Shown here: one piece after another, positions 9,314-17,282 of the stretch
Numbering within the stretch: the first letter of the stretch is position 1
Layout of the letters: every line of letters starts with the position of its first letter
Origin: an uncultured archaeon
Lineage (GTDB): Archaea; Micrarchaeota; Micrarchaeia; Micrarchaeales; CABMGC01
NCBI GenBank assembly: GCA_963704435.1
Contig: OY969902.1
Span: forward strand, 780,001-812,000
DNA length: 32,000 bases
Reading direction: 5' to 3'
Notes under the pieces: model-generated
The model's input: only the letters and a program-made list of their open reading frames with translations
What the model was told of the DNA's origin: nothing
The model's database searches: none
Made by a program: the position numbers and the translations under genes

Positions 9314-10372
9314 ATGCGATACCATCTAGAATGCCTTCAGTGCGGTGAGAGGTACGCCAGCGGCTACGACAGGCAGGTGTGCACGAGGTGCGGCGGCATA
9401 CTCGAAGTCACATATGATGGGAAGATCCCTGCAATCAGGGACGCGTCAGGTTTCTGGGACTTCGAGAGAGTGCTGCCCGACTGCAGGTACGCGCGCTATG
9501 AGCTCGGGTCGACCCGGCTCGTCAGGAGCCGCGACCGCGACAACGTATTCCTCAAGCTGGAGCTTGAGAACCCTACTAGGTCCTTCAAGGACCGCGGATC
9601 TGTGGTCGAGGTCGCTAAGGCGCTGGAGTATGGGAAGAAGGAGATAGCGCTAGCCTCAACAGGCAACATGGCGTACTCGGTGGCCTACTATGCGAAGCTG
9701 GCTGGCCTGAAAGTGAAGGCGTTCATAGGCAGGGGAGCCAACAGGGACAAGGTGCAGAATATAAGAGGAGTGGGCGACGCGTCTATGGACTTCGTCAACG
9801 GCGACTTTACCAAGGCGCAGATGCTGGCGATAAAGTACGCGAGGAAATCGGGAGCGTTCCTCGCAGGCGACTACTGCTACAGGAAGGAGGGCCAGAAGAC
9901 CGTCGCGTACGAGATAATCAACCAGCTGCCTAGCGTCACGCACGTCATCGTCCCGGTCGGGAACGCCACGCTGATAAGCGGAGTGTTCAAGGCGCTGAAG
10001 GAGATGGAATCATCAGGCAGGATCGCGAAATTGCCGAAGATAGTCGCAGTCCAGGCAAAGGGCAGCGACCCTCTTGTACGCGCGTTCAAGTCGCGCAAGG
10101 CAATAAAGTACATTACGCCGAAGACGGCGGCGGATGCTATAGCCGTCGGCTTCCCCACCTTTGGAGATCAGGCGTTAGTCGCGCTGCAGGAGACGAAGGG
10201 CACTGCGGTAGCGGTCAGCGACTGGGAGATGGCGCTTGAGCAGCGAGCGTTCTACAAGAATTACGGCCTTATAGCCGAGCCCGCGGGGGTCGCGAGCCTT
10301 GCCGCGCTAAGGAAGATAAGGTTCGGGCCGAGGGACAGGATAGTTGCCGTGATAAGCGGCGGGAACTTCTGA
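9314..10372 (+). CDS. thrC: Threonine synthase
   Basis: 352 aa PLP-fold II protein: N-terminal zinc-ribbon-like CLQCGERY...CTRCGG, LENPTRSFKDRGS, VPVGNATLISG. Confidence 0.85.
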   Translation: MRYHLECLQCGERYASGYDRQVCTRCGGILEVTYDGKIPAIRDASGFWDFERVLPDCRYARYELGSTRLVRSRDRDNVFLKLELENPTRSFKDRGSVVEVAKALEYGKKEIALASTGNMAYSVAYYAKLAGLKVKAFIGRGANRDKVQNIRGVGDASMDFVNGDFTKAQMLAIKYARKSGAFLAGDYCYRKEGQKTVAYEIINQLPSVTHVIVPVGNATLISGVFKALKEMESSGRIAKLPKIVAVQAKGSDPLVRAFKSRKAIKYITPKTAADAIAVGFPTFGDQALVALQETKGTAVAVSDWEMALEQRAFYKNYGLIAEPAGVASLAALRKIRFGPRDRIVAVISGGNF

Positions 10373-10380
10373 GATCTACA

Positions 10381-10815
10381 TTACAGATCTTTTGAAAACC
10401 ATACTTCACGCGAAGGAGCAAATCCAATATGCTCATAGAAGCTTTGTGCATCTTTCATATGGCTTCCTACCGCTACATATATCGTCCTTATTCCTGCCTT
10501 TCTTATCAGATCAATTGCGTGTGTAATTAGTGCTTTTCCTATTCCTGAAGACCTTTGTTCATCCATCACATATAATTCTTCAAAATAGGCCACTCCCTTT
10601 TCTTTTATGTGCTCATACAGTACAAACCAAAGGTACCCTACTAGTTTACTATCCTGTTCTGCAACAAGGATGGTTTGTTTTGCTCTAAAGTTATTTAGGT
10701 TGAGTTCTGACCCATAAAAAGCCTGCTTTTCATCTCCTCTATAAAGGCTATGATATTGTTGAGTTATCTTCTCAATATCCCGGGCTTCGGCCTCTCTTAT
10801 ATCAATATTACTGAT
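10381..10815 (-). pseudogene. GNAT-family N-acetyltransferase domain, in frame directly after a TGA
   Basis: Frame reads ISNIDIREAEARDIEKITQQYHSLY...ILVAEQDSKLVGYLWF...VAYFEELYVMDEQRSSGIGKALITHAIDLIRKAGIRTIYVAVGSHMKDAQSFYEHIGF; the first conventional start is the internal GTG at 10593, which would remove half the domain. Confidence 0.6.
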
Positions 10816-11100
10816 TCAAACACCTTCAATCTGCCCTTTTATTTTATCGTATATGTGATTGTATATTTTATAAGTAGAGCAGTCTTCGTTTGTTTTAAAA
10901 TTTCCATTCTGTTTGTACTGTTTTCTATCAAACGTGCATGCGCCCTTGCAATACTCTAGCCAGTTGCATCCTTCGCATAACTTCAAAGTGTCGATCTGGT
11001 CACTCATTAGTCTCTTATGCGCACCTGAAGAAAGCAGGTCGTTCATCGCATTTATGTTTCTTATATCAGACGCATCTTTTTCTACTATACACCACCGCAA
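10816..11100 (-). pseudogene. SPASM-like C-terminal fragment of radical SAM protein
   Basis: LCEGCNWLEYCKGACTFDR...NEDC cysteine pattern; overlaps the N-terminal rSAM ORF in a different frame; ends at TGA immediately before the GNAT frame. Confidence 0.65.
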
Positions 11101-11978
11101 GCGCGTGGGAACTTATCACATAGACTTAGCGTATTATCTGGATAGAAGGTAAACGCCGTATTTGCACAAGTCGAATGTCCTATTTGACATATGTTAGATC
11201 CCTTTTTTAGAATAGTTTTGATTATTTCTTCAAATAGAACTATGTGTATGTCCGGATCATCATTGGCATACCATATATCGAAAAGAGCATCTGTAAACCT
11301 CACATATTCTTCCATTGGGTATACGTAGTCCGTTACTTGATTTCCTTTGCTGTCTATTATGGGCTCTTGGGGTAGAAAATCGAAGGTCTTCATCTCATTT
11401 TCAATAAAAAAATCAAATAATTTTTGTGCGCCGAAATTTATCGTATTTTTAGTGATCACTGCTAACGCTCCAAAAGGCACATTCTGCTTCTGCAATATAC
11501 ATATTCCTTCCATTGTTTTGGCGTAACTGTTTCCGTATACCGAAATGCGTTGGGAATTATTTAAAACCTCAGGTCCGTCTATGCTAACTCCGATATTTAC
11601 TTCATTCTTTTTAAAAAAACTAGCCCATTCGTCATCTATCAAAGTGCCATTGGTTTGAATACAATTCCTTATTTTTAGATCGTCGCGTGTCATTTCTTTC
11701 TGGCTAGCTATTAGCTTTTTGAAAGCTTCTTTTCCAAATAATAAGGGTTCGCCACCATGCCATATGAAATCCACACTGTGAATGCCCTTAGAGTTAAAAA
11801 GCATCTGATATAGAAGGTTAACTTGTGCAGGTTGCATCTTCTCGGGCTTAAGCTCTTGGCGTACTTGTAGTCCAGAAACTCCACAGTATTTGCATGCGTT
11901 AGTGCAAGCATTGGTCAGCTTAACAATAACTACGATTCCTGATGATTTCGCCAGCCTAGGCTCGACATTATTTGACAA
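11085..11978 (-). pseudogene. Radical SAM enzyme (anaerobic sulfatase-maturase / peptide maturase-like), frameshifted before the SPASM region
   Basis: CX3CX2C motif TNACTNACKYCG, WHGGEPLL, IQTNGTLID, VSIDGP, TFYPDNTLSLCDKFPRA, then premature GGV-stop; TTG start. Confidence 0.75.
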
Positions 11979-12372
11979 AGTGCCCTCTCGGTTTCGCAGT
12001 AAAGCTCAACCTTTGCCACAATAGGTTCAAATCCTTAAGCTGTTAGAAAGTAAGCTATGACCTCTCCAGTCAGTAGTCAATACCGGAGGCGCCTGCAATA
12101 GTGTAGCTACTATTCTACTCCCACCAACCTTTTCATTCCCAACCATTTTACCACAACTATATTTATTGTAGGGTATTATATAAGAGTTTCTGCTGCCTTC
12201 GTCAAAAACAAATCCCCACCTGCTGGAGTTAGGCCAGATTTGACGTAATATTCTCTAAGAGAAAACCCCCTTCTTGTCCTTAGGATAAGTGATAACCCCT
12301 TAGAGGCTGCAGAATGCCTTCCGAACAAGGTTTTTATTACTTGAATCCACATCATATGCATCAGGTGCATCA

Positions 12373-14730
12373 GTGCTCGGCAAATACGACCCCAAGGAGT
12401 CGGAGAAGAGGACCGCGGATTTCTGGGAGAAGAAGGGGGTCTACAAATTTACAGGGACGAAAAGGAGCGAGGTCTATTCCATAGACACTCCCCCGCCCTA
12501 CGTGTCGGGAGCGCTCCATGTGGGCCACGTGTTCTCATACACGCAGGCTGACTTCATAGCGCGCTACAAGAGGATGAGGGGCTACAGCGTCTTCTACCCG
12601 ATGGGCTTCGACAACAACGGCCTGCCCACCGAGCTGAGGGTGGAGAAGGACTTCAACGTCGTCGCATCGCATCTCGGCAGGGAGAAGTTCATAGGCCTAG
12701 TGGAGAAGACGGCAGATGGTTACGAGGAGGGATACCGCAAGGCGTGGAAGTCCATCGGCCTGTCGGTGGACTGGTCCCTCCTGTACAGGACCATAGACAA
12801 GAACGCGCAGAAGGCGTCGCAGCTGTCGTTCATAGACCTCTACGAGATGGGAAGGGTCTACAGGAAGGAGACGCCGACGATGTGGTGTCCCAAAGAGAAG
12901 ACCGCCGTCTCGCAGATGGAGCTGAAGGACAAGAAGGTGAAGTCGAAGTTCGTTTACCTGCGCTTCTCGAAGGACGTCGAGATCGCGACCACGAGGCCCG
13001 AGCTGCTGCCTGCCTGCGTGGCAATCTTCGTGAATCCCGACGATGGCAAGCACAAGAAGCTCATAGGCAAGTCCGTCAAGGTGCCTCTCTTCGGCAACGA
13101 GGTCAAGGTAATAGCAGACAAGAGGGTTGACCCTGCGAAGGGCACCGGAGTCGTTATGTGCTGCACGTTCGGAGACCAGACCGACATAGAGTGGTACAAG
13201 GCATACGACCTGGAACTGCGCATCGCAATGGACAAGGAGGGCAGGATGCTTGTCGGGGAATACAAGGGCATGAAGGCGAAGCAGGCCCGCGAGGCGATCA
13301 TCGAGAAGCTCAGGCAGGGCGGCAACGTCATCAAGGAGGAGGAGATAGAGCACGACGTGAACGCGCACGACAGGTGCGGCACTGAGGTTGAGTTCCTAGT
13401 CACTCCGCAGTGGTACGTGCGGATCCTTGATCTGAAAGAGGAGCTGCTCAGGCGCGGCGAGGAGATCGAGTGGCACCCCGACCACATGAGGCACAGATAT
13501 GCGAACTGGATCACCGGCCTGCAGTGGGACTGGGGAATATCCAGGCAGAGGTTCTTCGGGATCCCGTTTCCGGTTTGGTACTGCGCAAAGTGCGGCGAGA
13601 TAAAGCTGGCGGAGCGGGAGCAGCTGCCTGTGGACCCGCTCGAGGGCAAGCCGAAGGGCAAGTGCGCTAAGTGCGGCTCTTCAGAGTTCAAGCCCGAGGA
13701 GGACATCATGGACACCTGGGCCACGTCATCACTTACCCCACTGATAAACGCGAGGTGGGCCCTTGACGGGAAATACATGAAGACCATATATCCTATGGAT
13801 CTTCGACCCCAGGGCCACGACATAATCTCCACATGGCTCTTCTCGACCATCGTGAAGTGCCAACTGCACACGGGCAAGCTGCCATGGCGCAGCGTCCTCA
13901 TAAACGGCCACGGTCTCGACTCGAAGGGAAGGTCGATGCACAAGTCGATTGGCAATGTAGTCGACGCGAACGAGGCGATGGAGAAGTACAGCGCGGACGC
14001 GCTCAGGTACTGGGCGGCGTCCTCAACTATTGGCGAGGATTCGTCCTTCCAGGAGAAGAACATGGTGAGCGCGCAGCGGCTGGTGAACAAGCTGTGGAAC
14101 GTCGCGAGCTTCATTGAGCAGAACTGCAAGACCTTTGATGGCAAGCATGACAGTGTGGTCGACAGATGGATATCCGCCCGAGCCGCGCTAGTGGCAAAAT
14201 CTGCGACAGACAGCTTAGACAACCTGGATTTTGCATCGGCGAAGAGGGTCGTAGAGGAGTTCTTCTGGTTCTTCGCGGACAACTACCTGGAGTTCGTGAA
14301 GTACAGGATCTACGGGAAGGACGACTCTCCAAACCGCGCGCTCGCGGAGACTTATCTCTCAATATTGAAGATGTTCGCGCCGTTCCTGCCGTTCGTCACC
14401 GAGGAGATATACCAAAAGGTCTTCAAGGGGAAGCTCGACAGCGCAGCATCGATACACCTATCGGAATGGCCGGTTCCTGACCTGGAAGAAATTGACAAGA
14501 AGAGCCTAGAGGAAGGGGACAAGGCGCAGAAGGTCATCGCCTTCGTCAGGAAGTGGAAGCACGACAATTCCATGGCGCTCAATGCAGAACTCCAGGGCCT
14601 GACGATAAGCGAGGATCTGGGAGAACTGAAGGAAGACATAAAGGGCGCTATGAACGTAAAAAGGATATCTGAGGGCAAGGGGAGCCTGCAGGTTCCCGAG
14701 ACCGATATAAAAGTGGAAATGGCGAGATAG
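12373..14730 (+). CDS. valS: Valyl-tRNA synthetase
   Basis: 785 aa: TPPPYVSGALHVGHVFSYTQADFIARYKRMRGYSVFYPMGFDNNGLPTE, MDTWATSSLTPLI, GRSMHKSIGN. Confidence 0.93.
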   Translation: MLGKYDPKESEKRTADFWEKKGVYKFTGTKRSEVYSIDTPPPYVSGALHVGHVFSYTQADFIARYKRMRGYSVFYPMGFDNNGLPTELRVEKDFNVVASHLGREKFIGLVEKTADGYEEGYRKAWKSIGLSVDWSLLYRTIDKNAQKASQLSFIDLYEMGRVYRKETPTMWCPKEKTAVSQMELKDKKVKSKFVYLRFSKDVEIATTRPELLPACVAIFVNPDDGKHKKLIGKSVKVPLFGNEVKVIADKRVDPAKGTGVVMCCTFGDQTDIEWYKAYDLELRIAMDKEGRMLVGEYKGMKAKQAREAIIEKLRQGGNVIKEEEIEHDVNAHDRCGTEVEFLVTPQWYVRILDLKEELLRRGEEIEWHPDHMRHRYANWITGLQWDWGISRQRFFGIPFPVWYCAKCGEIKLAEREQLPVDPLEGKPKGKCAKCGSSEFKPEEDIMDTWATSSLTPLINARWALDGKYMKTIYPMDLRPQGHDIISTWLFSTIVKCQLHTGKLPWRSVLINGHGLDSKGRSMHKSIGNVVDANEAMEKYSADALRYWAASSTIGEDSSFQEKNMVSAQRLVNKLWNVASFIEQNCKTFDGKHDSVVDRWISARAALVAKSATDSLDNLDFASAKRVVEEFFWFFADNYLEFVKYRIYGKDDSPNRALAETYLSILKMFAPFLPFVTEEIYQKVFKGKLDSAASIHLSEWPVPDLEEIDKKSLEEGDKAQKVIAFVRKWKHDNSMALNAELQGLTISEDLGELKEDIKGAMNVKRISEGKGSLQVPETDIKVEMAR

Positions 14731-14742
14731 CAGGTTTCGCTA

Positions 14743-15012
14743 TCAGATTGCCTGCAGTTCGTACGCCATCTTATGAGCGTAAAGATGCGCCAGGAGCGCG
14801 GTCTTGCTTCCGCAGTCGGCATTGCAGAGCCAGCAGACATACTGCCTCTCCTTCACGGCGGCCTTCGTTACCGATTTCTCCTCAATGACGCAGTGCGCTG
14901 CCTTTTCCCTTCCCCACATAACACAATCAGCCATATATCCCTTCTTATGTTTTGGCATTATCTTCAGCTCTTCGCCTGCAGGCGTAAACGCAATGTGCCG
15001 CTTCCCCAACAA
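14743..15012 (-). CDS. Small C2H2 zinc-finger-like protein
   Basis: YVCWLCNADCGSKTALLAHLYAHK fits C-X2-C-X12-H-X3-H; ORF extends to 15117 but a TATA-like TTTATATTTAAC (reverse strand, ~15030) suggests a later start (TTG ~15012 or ATG ~14958). Confidence 0.5.
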   Translation of the reverse strand: MLGKRHIAFTPAGEELKIMPKHKKGYMADCVMWGREKAAHCVIEEKSVTKAAVKERQYVCWLCNADCGSKTALLAHLYAHKMAYELQAI

Positions 15013-15223
15013 TACACCACTCCTAATGATGTTAAATATAAAAGGTGCGCGGAGGGATGGGCTACTTGAGAATCGCTTCTCAAAGGTCCACGCACCTAAA
15101 GATTTCCTGTCCTTCAAAGGAGTATTACACTGTCTGCCTATTTAAGAATAGCCTGATTATCTTTGGGAAAGGGTTAACCATACGCTACCAAAATCAGATA
15201 ACTTGCATATTTGTTTATATTCA

Positions 15224-15253
15224 TTTTGTTATAATTAGTAAGCTATAACAAAA
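15224..15253. promoter_or_regulatory. Perfect inverted repeat TTTTGTTATA-N10-TATAACAAAA upstream of the Lrp-like regulator gene
   Basis: Read directly: TTTTGTTATA attagtaagc TATAACAAAA, ending ~33 nt before the ATG at 15287. Confidence 0.65.
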
Positions 15254-15286
15254 GATTAAAGAATAAGGACTATCAGTATATAACAT

Positions 15287-16669
15287 ATGAAAGGAGTGCC
15301 GCCGAGAGTGGCGAAGGCGTTCGGAAGGCTCAGGGGGGAGAGCGCCGGCAGGGTGTACCTGAAGCTGATAAACGGCAAGCACTACGTATACAGGGAGTCG
15401 GGCACGTGGGACAAGGAGAGGAAGCGGGCGAGAGTGAAATCGGAGTACCTCGGAAGGATACTCGACGATGGCACCTACATAAAGAAGATCTCTTCGTACG
15501 GCGACGAGTTCGAGAGGGCGAAAGCGCTAATCCTCGAGCGGGGTGGGAAGGTGGTCTGGCCAGAGAAGATAGGGGAGACTGCGCTCCCGGAGCAGATTAA
15601 CCTGTCCGCGAGCGGGACGGATGCGAAACTGCTTATGGCGATGAGCATGAACGCCAGGGCCAGCTTCGCCGCGATGGGTAGGCTTGCTGGGCTGAGCCCC
15701 TCCGCGGCATACTCTCGCGTCAAGAACCTGGAGAAGCGTTATGGGATAAAGTACACTGCGGAGGTCGACCTGGACAAGCTCGGGTACATAACCTACCTCG
15801 TGCTGATAAAATTCCAGAAGGAGGTGCCTGGCCTGGAAAGCCTGAAGGCGGCGATGGCAAAGGATTCCAGGATCCAGCTCGCGTTCCTGACGAAAGGGGA
15901 GTATGACCTTATCATCTTTCTGCTCACGGAGAAGGGCGACGAGGGTGGGTTCAACCTGTACAAGACGAGGGAACTGATATTCCCTGATTACGACGCAAGG
16001 TGGTACCGCGCTCCTGTATACATCACATATAATTTCATTCCCCTACGGGAGGAGTTTTTCGAGATATTTAAGGAGCGGATATGGAAAAGATCGAAGGAGA
16101 ACCCGAAGCCGCCGGAAGGCAGCATCTCACACGGAGAATATTGCATCTTGTATGAGCTGGTCAAGAACGGAGTTATAGACTTTAGCGAGATCGACAGGAA
16201 ATACGGCTTTGACAAGGGGATGGCGCAATACACCTATCACCGGCTTAAGGAGAAACAAATCATAAAAAGGATTACGATTTCTATGACTAACCTCCCTCTG
16301 AAGTACTTGGCAGTTCTTTACATGGAGAATACCAACGACAAAAAATGGGAGGAGGCGAAGTCAAAGCTACTGGAGCACATAATCAAGGAAACGGATATGC
16401 CAACCGATCACTATGCCCTTGTGGGGGACGCCGGAACGCCGAATGGCTCTATTTTCGTCGTCCCGATATTCAGAGAAGAGGACCTTGGGAAAGCGGAGGA
16501 GGATCTAAGGTCCACGATAAGGGATTCCAGAGTCACGACTTCAATAGTTGCCGGAACGGTGGTCAATGCGCCTTGCTTCAGGAAGTTCGATAAGACCTAC
16601 TCGACGCAACATAAACGGCTTGTCATAAGCCATGGGCATAGCTCCCAATCCAAAATCAGATACGAATAA
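15287..16669 (+). CDS. Double Lrp/AsnC-like transcriptional regulator with extra N-terminal domain
   Basis: 460 aa; winged-HTH-like segments at SFAAMGRLAGLSPSAAYSRVKNLEKRYGI and IDFSEIDRKYGFDKGMAQYTYHRLKEKQII, each followed by a putative ligand/oligomerization domain; ~60 aa N-terminal extension. Confidence 0.6.
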   Translation: MKGVPPRVAKAFGRLRGESAGRVYLKLINGKHYVYRESGTWDKERKRARVKSEYLGRILDDGTYIKKISSYGDEFERAKALILERGGKVVWPEKIGETALPEQINLSASGTDAKLLMAMSMNARASFAAMGRLAGLSPSAAYSRVKNLEKRYGIKYTAEVDLDKLGYITYLVLIKFQKEVPGLESLKAAMAKDSRIQLAFLTKGEYDLIIFLLTEKGDEGGFNLYKTRELIFPDYDARWYRAPVYITYNFIPLREEFFEIFKERIWKRSKENPKPPEGSISHGEYCILYELVKNGVIDFSEIDRKYGFDKGMAQYTYHRLKEKQIIKRITISMTNLPLKYLAVLYMENTNDKKWEEAKSKLLEHIIKETDMPTDHYALVGDAGTPNGSIFVVPIFREEDLGKAEEDLRSTIRDSRVTTSIVAGTVVNAPCFRKFDKTYSTQHKRLVISHGHSSQSKIRYE

Positions 16670-16854
16670 GACACGAATAAAAAGAATATCTCGCTAAAAT
16701 GCCACTAATCATGCAGGCATTCAGTTCCCACATCTATCTTGTTCCGTCCATCCAACTCACATAGAAATTTCAACGTACTATTTTAAAAGACTTTCGAAAA
16801 GCTCCGCGTGATGAAACTCAGCCGCATCCTGCACGATTTTGGGAACTACTTAGC

Positions 16855-16864
16855 CTTAAATAAG
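16855..16864 (+). promoter_or_regulatory. TATA-like promoter element of the suf operon
   Basis: CTTAAATAAG located ~41-50 nt before the TTG start at 16905. Confidence 0.45.
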
Positions 16865-16880
16865 TAAGCGTTCCATAACC

Positions 16881-16895
16881 TATAACTCAGTTATA
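16881..16895. promoter_or_regulatory. Perfect palindrome TATAACT-C-AGTTATA, candidate operator
   Basis: 7+1+7 inverted repeat between the TATA-like element and the regulator start codon. Confidence 0.6.
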
Positions 16896-16904
16896 AGTGA
16901 TCCA

Positions 16905-17273
16905 TTGCCGAGCAAGTACGAGACCGCATCAGACGAGGCAGTTCCCATCGCCAGGTCGATAATCGCCAGGGAGCTGGTGGGGAAGTACAAGCTCAATGAG
17001 ACCGAGGTTGCGGGCTACCTCGGCGTCGCCCAGGCCGCGATAAGCAAGTACGTGCGGAAGAAGTACTCGCGCAAGCTCAACAAGAGGATAGCAGAGATCG
17101 AGGCGCAGATCGAAGCCCACCGCAAGCCGATCGATCTCTACATAGAGAAGATCTCTGAGGGCAAGAAGGAGTACGTGAGCATCTGCATCTGCACCCTCTG
17201 CAAGTCGATAAACGGATTCCCGTGCAAGTTCTCCAAGGCGGACGCATATGAGGGGTCGGCGTCCACCACATGA
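16905..17273 (+). CDS. HTH transcriptional regulator with C-terminal cysteine cluster, first gene of suf operon
   Basis: 122 aa: LNETEVAGYLGVAQAAISKYVRKKYSRKL HTH and CICTLCKSINGFPC cysteine motif; TTG start; 9 nt before sufB. Confidence 0.75.
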   Translation: MPSKYETASDEAVPIARSIIARELVGKYKLNETEVAGYLGVAQAAISKYVRKKYSRKLNKRIAEIEAQIEAHRKPIDLYIEKISEGKKEYVSICICTLCKSINGFPCKFSKADAYEGSASTT

Positions 17274-17282
17274 GGGTTCCTG

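Noticed and set aside
10372-10390. AGATCT-N7-AGATCT repeat at the thrC end as a mobile element boundary
   Set aside because: Short, partly inside the thrC stop and the GNAT coding end, and no partner copy was found at the other island edge.
12028-12050. tRNA T-arm-like GGTTCAAATCC in the AT-rich island
   Set aside because: No matching acceptor stem, D-arm or anticodon arm could be folded around it; probably chance.
12060-12180. Short peptide ORFs upstream of the radical SAM gene as possible RiPP precursors
   Set aside because: None has a normal start, leader/core organisation or repeated motifs; reporting one would be speculation.
12176-12370. 65-aa minus-strand ORF (MHLMHMMWIQVIKTLFGRHSAAS...LREYYVKSGLTPAGGDLFLTKAAETLI)
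   Set aside because: No recognised motif; it sits in an AT-rich possibly decayed region upstream of valS. It could be a gene remnant, but the evidence is too weak to call.
12954-14282. 442-aa minus-strand ORF inside valS, and similar long ORFs opposite ftsZ (25419..26408), sufD and the DNA ligase gene
   Set aside because: Antisense mirror ORFs are expected in GC-rich coding DNA; the opposite strands encode clearly recognisable proteins and these ORFs show no recognisable domains.
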